The notes under the pieces were generated by a model that saw only the letters and a list, made by a program, of their open reading frames with translations, was not told where the DNA came from and searched no databases. A stretch of 63,935 nt of DNA, filler included, from Lenisia limosa (taxonomy: Eukaryota; Protista; Breviatea): the NCBI GenBank assembly GCA_001655205.1. It is 18 parts of 18 records of this genome, joined end to end, with 100 filler letters (N's around TTAATTAATTAA, not from the genome) between each part and the next. Parts side by side here need not be neighbours in the genome. Positions count along the whole stretch, not along the records: positions 46,315 to 53,239 come from LPNZ01006026.1; positions 53,340 to 55,155 come from LPNZ01003164.1; positions 55,256 to 59,160 come from LPNZ01006129.1; 15 more parts are not named here. The stretch is one strand, 5' to 3'. Position 1 is the first letter of the stretch; every line of letters starts with the position of its first letter. The translations under genes and the position numbers were made by a program. Positions 46,315 through 58,300 of the stretch are shown one piece after another.

Positions 46315-49300
46315 CCCCCCCCCCCCCCACCGAAAGCATGAGATCAATGAGGTCAGTGTGGTCCAGGATAATGCGCTTGTTCCTCTGCTCGGCTCCAGCA
46401 TTTTGGGGCTCAAAAAGAGGCTGCATGAGGGCTCCTGGGAGGGGGGGTAAGAAGACTTCACCAGAAACGATACAACATGAGTCAGTTGTACTCACCAAGG
46501 ATTTCAATAGCTGCCAGTGAGACATCCTCATTGAGAGAGCGTAGAGACCGTATTACAACCTGATGAGCATTATGGAAATGAAAAGGGGCGCGGTGGAATT
46601 GGAATTATTTAAACAAAAACATAAACTCCATGATAACGGGTTGTATTATTGGTCGAAGATATCCACATACTTTCATATTCATAAAAGGAGCTGATATTTG
46701 CATTTACCCACCCCTATTTGCTTTACACCCCGGTATATCTGACATCTATTCAAAATGATCTCGCCATCCTTATTGGAGTATCACCGTGTTGTGAGCCACA
46801 CATACGTCGATGATGCGATCTGAAATGGTGGTGTTCTCAGAGAAGGAGTCGAAGCCTGCCTCGCAAGCAACAAAGCGTCGGATGGTGTGCAGCAGTGGCA
46901 GGGGTGGTGCGATGACCTGGATCGTGAGTTAAGGTTAGGCATTCTGTTCGGTCAAAAATCTCAGGACCTTTGGATAAATCCTTGAAGAATACCAACGTCC
47001 AAATATGGAAAGTTGTAAACCATTTTGACCAAGAAAGCAATAAATGTCTTACCTTCTTGGTGTCTTTCTTGACTTCAGGGAGAATGTTAATAAGCGCCAT
47101 GGAAAGAGTCTGGAAGGTGACAAATGTATTACTAACCCTCCTGAAATCTTAACAATCGTGCAAATAAAGCTCGTCAAAAAGACGTTTCAACCAGTGATTA
47201 GTGTCGTACTCCATACGTAAAAATGAAATATCCAATAGCACCCCTTTGCCACACACCTTGGTCTGCTTGTTACCTTCTGGTTCTGTAACACCGTTGTACG
47301 GGCAGCAGTTGTTGAACGTCCACAGCAACTCCTCGAGGGACTGCAGGACGTCAGTGCCGGCTATGCCTTGAGGCCCTTGTTGCGACCCCACGTCGTCAGC
47401 TGCAGTGCATTAGTTCCAGATGGCTGGCGCGTGGCTTGTTGTATGTATTCCTCAATCGTTCTTTTTCCATTAAGTATGATGCTAAAAAGAGAATAAAGAA
47501 AATATACCACTCCCAACCACTCCCAACCTTGGGCTTCGGCCTTGGCAGAGGCAGCCTTGTTTGTCTCGTTATTGGGGTCACAGGCGGCAAGTTGTTTGAT
47601 GAGTTGCTGTTCGACCTCCTTGTCATGGGTGGCGGTAATAGGCCACAACCGGTACCTTGAAGATCAAAGAAGAATGGGGAGAATACGTTGAATGGAAAAG
47701 TGCTCTTTTCCCATTAGCATCCCCCCCCCCCCCNNNNNNNNNNNNNNNNNNNNNNNNNNNNNNNNNNNNNNNNNNNNNNNNNNNNNNNNNNNNNNNNNNN
47801 NNNNNNNNNNNNNNNNNNNNNNNNNNNCCAGAGGAGCGGGCACAATCCAGGATACAGGCCAGACAGGCATCACGTTGCGATGTCACATATTGCCTGATGG
47901 CGCCGTCCCTGGGTTGTGAGTTTTGGGGCTTGGTTTTACAATCAAAATATGGGCCACAGTTTAGTAAACTAGATCACAGGAACATGAAATAGGGGTATTA
48001 TTATTCCTATCAGGAATCGGAAAATCTACTCTGATCAAATTGACAACCAAAACAAAAGACAACTCACTTGAACTCTATGGCAAAGAGCTGCATATCATGG
48101 GGGGCTCGGATTAGCGCGTGCATTCCGCTGTAGCGCCGGGTGGTGACGGCGGCAAGGGAAGTCGGGTCTTTTTCAACAATACCTGGGGGAGGGGGTGAAA
48201 ACGAATCGATGGAATGACAAAACCGAAATAAATGTATGAAATGAAGAGAGAAAAACGCACCAAAGAACCCTTGATACCAGTTTCGTAGAGACAGAGCACG
48301 CGGGCAGGGGGGTCAGGCCGACGAGAAGACACCTTGGTCACTGAAAACTCGGCAAGAGTGCCCTAGTTTTGATGATGGATTTCAAAGACTTGCACCACAA
48401 TTCTGCCAACCTCCTGCAGGTCATCTGAGAAGTCCAGTTCCGCCCGCTCGGTGACAAACTCATCCACAGACACGCGCTGCATGGTGCTGGAGGACTCGAG
48501 GCCCCAATCAATGTCCAAGTTGTCCTTCGCCGTTTGGGCCCATGACTACTCAATGAACAAAAGCAACTATGTGTCTAACAGTTGTACCATATTCTTGAAT
48601 AAATTGAAGAGTTGGATTCAACACCAATAATCAACTCTTTTTCAGACCTTGACAAAAGCGTCGCGATCATTGAGACTGAAGTAATGGACTCGAGGCTCAC
48701 CATCTTGACGCCCCACTAAAATATAAATACTGGGATATACTTTTCTTCACATTCATCACAGCCATGATTTCAAGCAAAAAAGGAGAGGTGCCACAATATT
48801 AGAGATTATGCGAAACAAAACTTTGTCCCGTAAACTTGGTGCAAGTTTTTTTTGGAACGTTTTCTGGCTGGTTTTTTGAGTTTAGGTTATGCGAAGATTT
48901 CCTCCCCAACTCTGGACCATTTAAACACAATGGTGTTTTCCTGGATACAAGATGAGAAATAATTTTACGCGAATAAAGACTTGTAAGAAGAGGAGAGTAG
49001 ATATTTTGACAAAAGAAGAACACTTGTTGAGTTGGAGATGCGGATGTCGTTGTCACTTCTCTTTTTACTGCTTCTAAATCCCCCTATTGTAATATTAATG
49101 TCAATGACGATGTTTTTGCTGCAGAAAGAGACTGCTGCCTTGTAAAAAACTCATCGTAGCTCTCCCAAGGACAAATATGCTTAGTATACAACATAAAACT
49201 TATATATTTGATATCCAGTAACAAATATTGATTATTGGAAGGGAACTGGAGGAGAAAAAGGGACAACTGATACATCCGAGGACAATCCGAGAAGGAGAAA

Positions 49301-51388
49301 GTTGCCAAAAAAACTTGTTTTCAAAATCAGCTTTTCAGAGACTTTCCTTGCCGGAAGCCTTCGGAAGCGGAAAGTTTTTACTTCCGAAAAAGTTTACAGG
49401 AGCAAGTGTTTTTTTCGTATAACCTCTATTATCAGCCCTGAACCCACTCTTGATGCACACTCCGCCGGGATCGTCGTGGTTGTAACGCACTGTGTCAATA
49501 TCCTAAAAATGGTCAGACTCACCGCCAATGGAGAGTGCTGAGTCAGAAAGTCGAGAAAATGACCCCACCTTGAAGAGGTAGGTCGCCTTGACCTTGTCGC
49601 TGGTCACGCTCCTCTGGTTAATACCGGTAGGGGTCACTGAAAGGAGAACCTAAAGGATGAGCGCAATGCTTCGTAGTCAATGGTGGAATGGAGCAATAGC
49701 AATAGTTCGCAAGACGAACCTGTTCACGCCTCAATGAACGCTTCAGTTTCACGCCTCTGGTTTGCACCATGTCCCAAGGAGAGACTCGCTCTGAGATTTC
49801 TTTCTTTTCGCGCCTGGGGAGAGGGGGGGGGGGATAAGGATCAAAGAACTATGTTAAGTGATCATGTCAAAACTACGTCTTGCTGAAAAGAACCCAAGTA
49901 CTCGCAATCCAAAGAAAACACTACCCACAGTTCCAGGAACGCCATGTGTTTGTAGCGATGAAGGGCAGTGAGAAGATTGTCGCGATGGGGGTAGCTGAAT
50001 GTGGTCGACTTAACCTAGTTTTGTGAGGAGTGGGATTATATGTGACAAAAAAGAAGTAGCACTAATATATGGAACACCACATAGCACCCCCCCCCCTCCA
50101 TTACAGCGCGAAATCCTACCTTTTTACCTTGTCTGATTCCAAGGTTGAATTGCTCTGGGGCTTTGGATGAAGGATAAACTTCAACAATCTTGGGAAATTA
50201 ATACTGAAAAAGACAGGCATGACAAACAGCCGCAAGAAAGCCACAAACCTCCGTTCCAAACGCCCATTTGTTAGTGACTTCCATGGTCTGGGGATTGAAC
50301 GTTACGACGCCGCACTCAGTGATGCCGAAGACCCGCTTGTACTTGCCTCTCCAAGAGTGCTTGGTGGCTGAAAATCTGAAGAGTGAAATAGGCGCCACAA
50401 TTATGTGGTAACATGCCGAGAACGACTAAATACAAAAGGTAAAGTAAAATGACACTCACCTTTCCAAAACACGCATGTCTCTGGCCCCGACCAATTTCGG
50501 AGCGACTAGCTGGGAAAATACTACTTCAATCGGCTGTGGGGGGGGGGGGGGGNNNNNNNNNNNNNNNNNNNNNNNNNNNNNCAGCTAAGGTCTTTGTTCC
50601 ACAAGAGGTTTTTAAAACTTACACACACAAAAAGACCAAGGTTGTTACTGAATCAAATTAAAAGGGGGAATATCGATACAATCAAGATAACAACTCAATA
50701 TATTGGGCAAAATTGGGAATCACTTAAAATTGGACATAACAAACTGATAACTTTCGTATCTATTGAGATTAACAACAAAATGAAGAGAAGCATCTCATAA
50801 GCATTAGTATTAGTATTAAAAACCAACCAACAATAACAGTTCAAAATCTGTTAACTATCAAAGATAACACTCTTGCCCCTTTCAAATCAATTATTTTCAC
50901 CAATACTATGCGGCTGACACAAAAAATACAACTTTCAAGAAAATAAAAAAGAACTTCATGGCAGAAACAATAAAAGCCAATAAATCGCCTCGAATATGGT
51001 CACAATATTATTATATACCCTCAATAACTGGGAAGAGGAACCAACCTCTTCATCAACAACGGGAGAAACTGAACCCGAAGGTTGTTCTGGAGTTTTAGCT
51101 CCCTTCTCCTGTTCTTCTTCGTTGTCCGAAATATCAATCAGGTTCTCTGAGAGATTTAGTCGAAATCAGGAAAAAGACGAACCAGCAATAAATACTTCCA
51201 GACAACCCACCTTTTTCCTTCTGTTTTGCCTGTTTTGAAGCAGGCTTCGTCTGTTTCACAGGCTCTTCTTCCTCCTCTATTTCTTCTTCTTCTTCCTCTT
51301 CCTCTTCCTCCTCCTCTTCCTCCTCCTCTTCTACTTCCTCATAAACATATTCGACATCATCGTCTGATTCTTCCCTAGAAGTACCCAT
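46315..51388 (-). CDS. DNAJC13: RME-8 / DNAJC13 endosomal co-chaperone, N-terminal part (3' truncated); probable acidic first exons at 51040-51388
   Basis: TKHSWRGKYKRVFGITECGVVTFNPQTMEVTNKW, VLLSVTPTGINQ, TLAEFSVTKVSSRRPDPPARVLCL, IVEKDPTSL, QLFAIEF, RQYVTSQRDACLACILDCARSSG, IRRFVACEAGF closely match the RME-8 N-terminus; linking the 51040-51388 exons is inferred. Confidence 0.93.
48802..49426. mobile_element. Non-autonomous TIR element family D (625 bp) in RME-8 intron
   Basis: TA-GAGATTATGCGAAACAAAACTTTGTCCCGTAAACT ... AGTTTACAGGAGCAAGTGTTTTTTTCGTATAACCTC-TA (about 33-bp imperfect TIR); colinear homology with 15641-16191. Confidence 0.8.
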
Positions 51389-51701
51389 TATTCGACTACT
51401 ATAGGGGATTTTCCCTTAATCGAGAGACTCAGTGACTTATCTTGGAATCTGCTTCCCAATTCTTATTTATATACTGCCAATAATATACGTTTCCTTCTAG
51501 TGGTGTAGAAAAAAGGAAAAAAGAGGATGAAAAAGTTTCAAAAACCTTTTATTTGCGCATTAACGCGAAATTGGCGTCACGGAAAACGTTCCCCTTTCAC
51601 CTATCCTGCACATTCCTATAATTGGTTTGGTTCCGCTTGTGTCATATATAATTAATCCACCAAAACTGTTAATTGAGAGATATTATCAATTTTTTGGGAA
51701 G
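51389..51701. promoter_or_regulatory. Short divergent intergenic region, putative bidirectional promoter (RME-8 / DHHC)
   Basis: 313 nt between head-to-head ATGs at 51388 (-) and 51702 (+) on one gap-free stretch. Confidence 0.55.
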
Positions 51702-53131
51702 ATGTGGATCTTCTTCTTTGCCTATCACAACCCCATGACGATCCTCGGGTTCATTGTTATGTTGATGGGGCTCTTCTGTATATTCGCCTGTGGACAGACC
51801 AAGGCATTCCGTCGCACCTTCCTTGGTACCGCGAGACGCCGCTTGATCAACTTTATGACGTAAGACGTGTCTTCTTGTTTGTGTGTTTGCCCCTTGCTGT
51901 CGGGTGATAATGGCTTCGTGTTGCGAGCTGGTTGAATAATTTTGAACCATTGGTGAAGTCTCATCTTCATGATAGTGCCTTTAGTCCCCTTTTGANNNNN
52001 NNNNNNNNNNNNNNNNNNNNNNNNNNNNNNNNNNNNNNNNNNNNNNNNNNNNNNNNNNNNNNNNNNNNNNNNNNNNNNNNNNNNNNNNNNNNNNNNNNNN
52101 NNNNNNNNNNNNNNNNNNNNNNATTTTGACTGCTTACTGTCTATATTTATTGGTTGGAACTGATAAGCCTCCCCCTCTGCATTGTGACATCCCTCCGTAG
52201 TTTCACCGTTTATTATGTAGTGACGTCATCAGTACTCGTATTGGACAGTTCATCAAAAAGTGGGACAGGAAAATGATCATGATTGGATTGGTTGTGTACG
52301 TGAATAAAAAAAAAACAGAGAATTTCACTAAATAATTACTTGTCCGCATTTGTCGGTTCCTCGGTTCCTCACCCCATTAGCGCTGTTGTCTGGGTGTATG
52401 TTTGGATTTTTGAGAAGCCAAATCCAATCTTCCAAGTATTCTATCTCATGGTCTTTGTTGGTGGCCTCTACCTGTGGTTCTCCAACGTGCAGCCCTACTT
52501 GCCAAACATGTTCGTTTTGGAGTTCCAGCTGTAAGCCTGTAACATTACACTTGCTATTTCTAACGTGTTAAACAAAGCGCTCACCCCCAGGTACCTAATT
52601 CCCTTCGCTATTCTGTCAGCATTCTACACCTTCCTGGCTGTTTCGTTCTCGGACCCTGGTACGTGGTGACCTCGTATACTGGCTTCACCTTTTTCCGTTC
52701 TTCCACTTGCCTATTCTTTTCCCCACACTTTTTGAATGAGTACGAAATGTTTTGATCATTACCATAAAGAACCTCTTATAAACTTGCCTTCACCCCAAAA
52801 GGAGTCATTACGGACGCCAACGTGGAAAGTCACCTGCAGCACTACAACATGGACTATTCTGTCTACTTCCCCAAGTCGTGTAAGACCTGCACCTTCGACC
52901 GGTATATGGCGTCCTTATTTGAATTCCTGATAATTTCTTTCGCCTCCTCGTATAAAAGTGATGTATTGTGTGGTCAACCTTATTTTTAGATTGACTAATT
53001 TTGCCGTAAAAGACATTCTGTTCTTGAGTTCTACTTATCGCCAGATATTGTAAAACTCACCCCACCAGCCCTGCGCGATCCAAACATTGCAAAGTCTGCG
53101 GCCACTGTGTGGCTAAGTTCGACCATCATTG
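51702..53131 (+). CDS. DHHC palmitoyltransferase, Swf1/ZDHHC4-like, 3' truncated
   Basis: N-terminal TM (MTILGFIVMLMGLFCIFACG), [61 protein letters not shown]. Confidence 0.95.
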
Positions 53132-53339
53132 GTATGTACCTATTGAACCTCTTCTTGTATTATCAACCCATTTTCTCTGTTGAATTGTAACTATCCCTCC
53201 CTACCACGCTGACGTTGCAGCATCTTTTTCAATACATGCNNNNNNNNNNNNNNNNNNNNNNNNNNNNNNNNNNNNNNNNNNNNTTAATTAATTAANNNNN
53301 NNNNNNNNNNNNNNNNNNNNNNNNNNNNNNNNNNNNNNN

Positions 53340-55155
53340 TATTACACACAGAAAAAATGGCCCAAGTTGAGCAGCCGTAACTTTTCAACCCTTACTGTAA
53401 TCCTTCGCGATCCGCAGCCGGGTCCTCCTATCGGAGTGACCTGCCGGCGAAAAGGGAAGTTAATCCTGAGGTCAAGTAATATGGTTTGTTTGCTTGTGTT
53501 CTCAGTGTGTTCCTCGTCTGTTCTTTGCAAGTTCTTTGTTTGCACTGTGTTTGCTTGTAGTTTGCTTGCTCACCCCAAGGGAATAAACTTGTTCATTTAT
53601 ACCCCTAGCTAGGAGGGAAATATATACATGTACTTTTGAATTTGTCTCCCTAGGCTCACCATTCCTACAAATCCAAGTCCACTGCAAATAGAAATACTAA
53701 TCATTTGCCGAGTTTTTCTGAATTCCCCCCTGGGCACAGAACTGGTTAGACAAAATAAATCTCCTACTACACAACATACCATTGCAACAAATAAACAAAC
53801 ATATTGAAACAAACGAGCTTATACTACGGGGGAGGGGGTCATCTAGGCGGTTTTCTTCAACTAACGGGGTGAAGGAATGTCAACTACTTAGAGTACAACA
53901 GCAAATATACATATCATACTAAGTCAGCACCCCCCTAAGAAAGCATTAAGCACTTCTTACCCTGACCCCCTCCTACCCCAGACAAAGCACCCATTATGTC
54001 TCCTTGAGACATTCCAGGCATAGCCATTGCACCTGTTGCGTGAGATGCGGTTTTAGCTGACACGATTGACTAAAGACAAAACTCAATATCCGTTTCAGGT
54101 TGTATTTGTATATATCATATTTGTAACCAAGGAATTAAATAATGACATCATCTCGATACTAACCTGGTGGCGGCTTGAAGGTTTTCTTTGGAGATTCTAC
54201 TAAAAAAATTATTTGGTTCCTAATAAGAAATGGCATAATAGCGAGGGCTTCACTCCGACACACCAAATTTAGCAGAAAAGCTCACACAAAACAGATAGGA
54301 CAGTAGCAAAAAAGCCCACACAAAACAGACCCCATACACAGAGAACAAGACCTCACACAGAATACAAAAAAAAAAAAATTATAAATATATTCATAAACAA
54401 AAACAATATTTATACAATATAATATACTTATATACAAAATAGACTATGCATAATACAAGAACAGACAACACAATAACAAACACAAAAAGCAAGAACGCCA
54501 GCCACTGGGCAAACCTTCCACGGACTCTCCGCCTTCTGAAACTAAGTCATGCCCGACTATGCTCTAGGGGGTGAGAAAGAAAAGAGGCAGCACAAATGGA
54601 AAATAACAATATGTGGCGTTAATTGTTTTTTGTCTTTCTGAATTAACAATACACCAAGGTTGGAAAAAACAAAACAAACAAAGACCAGACCAGGAGGGTG
54701 ACGTAGCAGTTTTAAATGTCAAATGTATCGTACCTGCGGTTTTGTAGTTGTTGGACGCCTGCGAGGAGGACCCTTGTTGCGCTGAAAAGTGAGATAAATA
54801 GGGGAGGGGGAGAATAAAAATGGAAAATTTTATGAAGCAAAAAAAAAAGCCCAAAACCAACTCTGCGTGAAAACAAAAAAAAAACACGCACCTTCGAGTT
54901 GACAAGGGGGGCGGAAACACCCTCTTCCGTGTCGGAATGTTCAGCGACTTCCACGGGGGGTGGGATGTCGACTGAAGGGGGAAGTTCAGATTCTAACGGT
55001 GGCGGCGGCGTAAGTTGAGCCGCATCCAATTCAGGAGGGGGGGAGAGTGGAAGAGGCGTACCATCTTCGTCGGAGATGGGTAGGATTTCGCTTGTCTCTT
55101 CGGGGGATTTGAGGGGGGACGAATCATCAGATGATAGGATGTCTTTGATGGGAGG
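53340..55155 (-). CDS. Proline/acid-rich protein gene fragment(s); possibly two genes
   Basis: Exon PQIPEETSEILPISDEDGTPLPLSPPPELDAAQLTPPPPLESELPP...PLVNSK spliced to RNKGPPRRRPTTTKPQ; further exon-like pieces at 53340-54200. Confidence 0.55.
54782..54891 (-). repeat. 110-nt intron made largely of family B sequence
   Basis: GTGCGTG...CAGAGTTGGTTTTGGGC...CATAAAATTTTCCATTTTTA...TTTTCAG. Confidence 0.75.
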
Positions 55156-55389
55156 NNNNNNNNNNNNNNNNNNNNNNNNNNNNNNNNNNNNNNNNNNNNT
55201 TAATTAATTAANNNNNNNNNNNNNNNNNNNNNNNNNNNNNNNNNNNNNNNNNNNNCACTCCGAGCAATTATGTTCAAGAATTTTCAGACAAAATTTGAAA
55301 ACAAAGTGTCTGAAATGACGATTTTGTTACAAAATGTCCCAATTAAAATTATACATTTATTTTTCCAATTAATTACCCGGAGTACTACA

Positions 55390-58300
55390 AATAACCCAAC
55401 CTTGTAGTCTTGAAGCATGAAATGAAGGTCAGCAAGAAGACGATGTTGACCTTCGGGGGAGGCATGGAGAGGTTGGCTGCGGAGGAGGGGGGTAAACTGG
55501 AAACGAAACAACAACAACAAAAAGGACCATAAATCTGTTAGCAAAACACAGAGGGTTGAGACTAAGGCTTCACTTCGGTTCGGGAAAATATCGATTGCTT
55601 TCGAGGATTTATCGAGAAATTATGTCATTTTTCGAACCGAAGTGAAGCGACATCAAAACAAACAGGTACAATCATACTGTTATGCAAGAGAAATAATTCA
55701 GTAGAAATCTAGTATCAAACAGTGCCGAACCAGAGCAGGTGGAATCCCTCCTTACCTGTCTTGCTGCATGCCGGACTGGGGTTTGTTGAAGCCAAGAATC
55801 CGCCCCCATCTTCTTAAGCCTTTTCGCCTCTCGTTAACCTGGGGGGGGGGGGGNNNNNNNNNNNNNNNNNNNNNNNNNNNNNNNNNNNNNNNNNNNNNNN
55901 NNNNNNNNNNNNNNNNNNNNNNNNNNNNNNNNNNNNNNNNNNNNNNNNNNNNNNNNNNNNNNNNNATTATATTATATACTATATACTATACTAGTACTAA
56001 CTTGAGCTGTCAGGTTGGAAATCGTCTTGGCAAGAGCAGGGAGGAGGAATTGGGTTACCATAGCTTTCATGGCCGATTCGATGGAAGCCTCATCATCTTT
56101 TGAGATACAACATCCGCTGGAGAGGAAATAAGAATAGAGAAAGTAAGAATGGACAACTAAGCCAAGTGGAGAGAACGTAAGAATGGAAGAATGGACAATT
56201 ATGACGTAAGAAGGAACAATTTAGACGGAGTGGGGGGGGGATCCCAGTGGGGATTATAGGAGTAAACGTACGTCAAAATGGAGGGGTTGGGATGAAGTTA
56301 TGATAAGAGGGAGAAAAACGCTTTGCTCACTATTTCGGAGCTTCATCCTTGGCTGTCACACCTTCAATGCCCTCTGACGCTCTACGCCACTATTTCGTTA
56401 AATATTGCGTAAATATATATATATATTGCATGCGTAATAAGAGAAAATTGCGCAAATATAATATTTTAGAAATAGAACTAAATGAAAAAGAAAAAGCTGA
56501 AAGCTGCCTACTTGAGCCTCGAGACGAGTAGGCAGGGACATATGCTGCGACCATAGATCTGCGGTTCGAACGTCCACCACCTTTTCGAGTGAAAAAAGCG
56601 AGGGATTATGGATACTTATTGTTGTAAGTTTGAGTTTGTGAGGGAGTGTTCCAAGTTTGAAAGGATATAGGGCTTCACTTCGGTTAAAAAAAAAAGAATT
56701 TCTCGATAAATCCTCGAAAATTATCGATATTTTACAGGTCTTTTCGAACCGAAGTGAAGTCCTATGTGCCTGTTAGCACTCCTTCCCACATACTCACATA
56801 AGTGTCAACTACTAGCCAACAGAGTTGATTTTGGGCTAATTTGTATAATAAATTTCCAATTTTACCCCCCCCCCCCCCCNNNNNNNNNNNNNNNNNNNNN
56901 NNNNNNNNNNNNNNNNNNNNNNNNNNNNNNNNNNNNNNNNNNNNNNNNNNNNNNNNNNNNNNNNNNNNNCGTTGCTCGGAGTTCCACCAGGGCTCTGTCA
57001 CACCTGGGGGGGGGGGGTAAACGAATGAAATTTCGACAGAATATTGGCGTAAAGGTAACAATCACTGTAAAGAAAAGAAAGAAAAAAAATCCTACGATAA
57101 CACAAAGTTTCAAACATGAACCATAAAATTGAAAAAAATGTGAAAAAAAGGCCCAAAATCAACTCAGGATTATGATTATATTAGATATGCGGTCTGCTTT
57201 AATGAATTTCTTATCTCCCAGGATTTTATTCCCTACATTTGCCATCATCCCACTTAAGAAATTCAGGATTTTATTCCCTACATTTGCCATCATCCCACTT
57301 ACACGTCTTGGGAGCCGCAAGAGGGGTCATGGAGCACTAAATAAAACCTGGGGGGTAAGCGTCTTTCATCTACCGATATGTAGTATCTGTTCATACATAT
57401 TGATATAATATCGCATAAGGGATTGGTCACAAGAAAAGAGCGTAGATAGTTTTTGAGGATTATCCAGAAATTCAGTCTTTTTTCGAAGCGAAGTGAAGCT
57501 GTAGGTCTTACCATATCATAGACTGTTTAAATATCATAAATCAAGAATTATGGGTACAAAATACTAGACATAATAAAATTCCTACTTTGGAAGGGACGGG
57601 TCGCAGATTCCATTGGAAAGGGGGCCTTCAGGGGGAGCGTCAGACTTGTACAAGCGCAACGCTGTCTGTCCGGGGTTGGGCACACTAAGGGGTAAAATTG
57701 GATTATTAAACAAAAAAAAAGCCCAAATCAACTCNNNNNNNNNNNNNNNNNNNNNNNNNNNNNNNNNNNNNNNNNNNNNNNNNNNNNNNNNNNNNNNNNN
57801 NNNNNNNNNNNGCTATATACATGTATACCCCCACCCTTCCCTTCTTTTAACAACATTAACCCACACAACTGGATAAAAGAACTTTCATCAAAAATGTCTC
57901 TTTTAATCCGCACTATCATTTGTAGAACAACAAACACGTCTTCATCATTTCTTAAAACTGAACCAGTGTAAGATCGTGTCTCCTCTTTGTTCTCTGCACA
58001 GACTGTTTCCCATCCAATTAGTTAATTCAAGACAAACCAAATACTGTTTTCTACAAGCCTGTCACTGGGGCTTCACTTCGGTTCGAAAAAGACCGGTTAA
58101 ATATGATAATTTTCAAGGATTTATCGAGAAATTCAGCCTTTTTTCGAACCAAAGTGAAGCCCTACCTGTCACCCACAAAATTGTTAATACCCCCTCCCCC
58201 CCACTTGGACGACACAACGACTATCACTGCAGTGGGGTGGCGGGAGAAGTCCGTAGAGATCAGGGGAAGGCTGTCACAGTACTCACGAACGTATGTATTG

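Larger units (their letters stand above)
55477..57734 (-). repeat. Family B copies in TRAPPC8 introns: 55477-55560, 57004-57165, 57685-57734 (sense, each ending at an acceptor); 56806-56879 (antisense)
   Basis: ...TTTACCCCCCTCCTCCGCAG|, ...TTTACCCCCCCCCCCCAG|, ...GAGTTGATTTGGGC...CCAATTTTACCCCTTAG|. Confidence 0.82.

Noticed and set aside
48799-49308. Family D interior as the 3' end of a LINE
   Set aside because: The element has terminal inverted repeats and TA flanks and no RT or poly-A signature, so a DNA-transposon derivative fits better.
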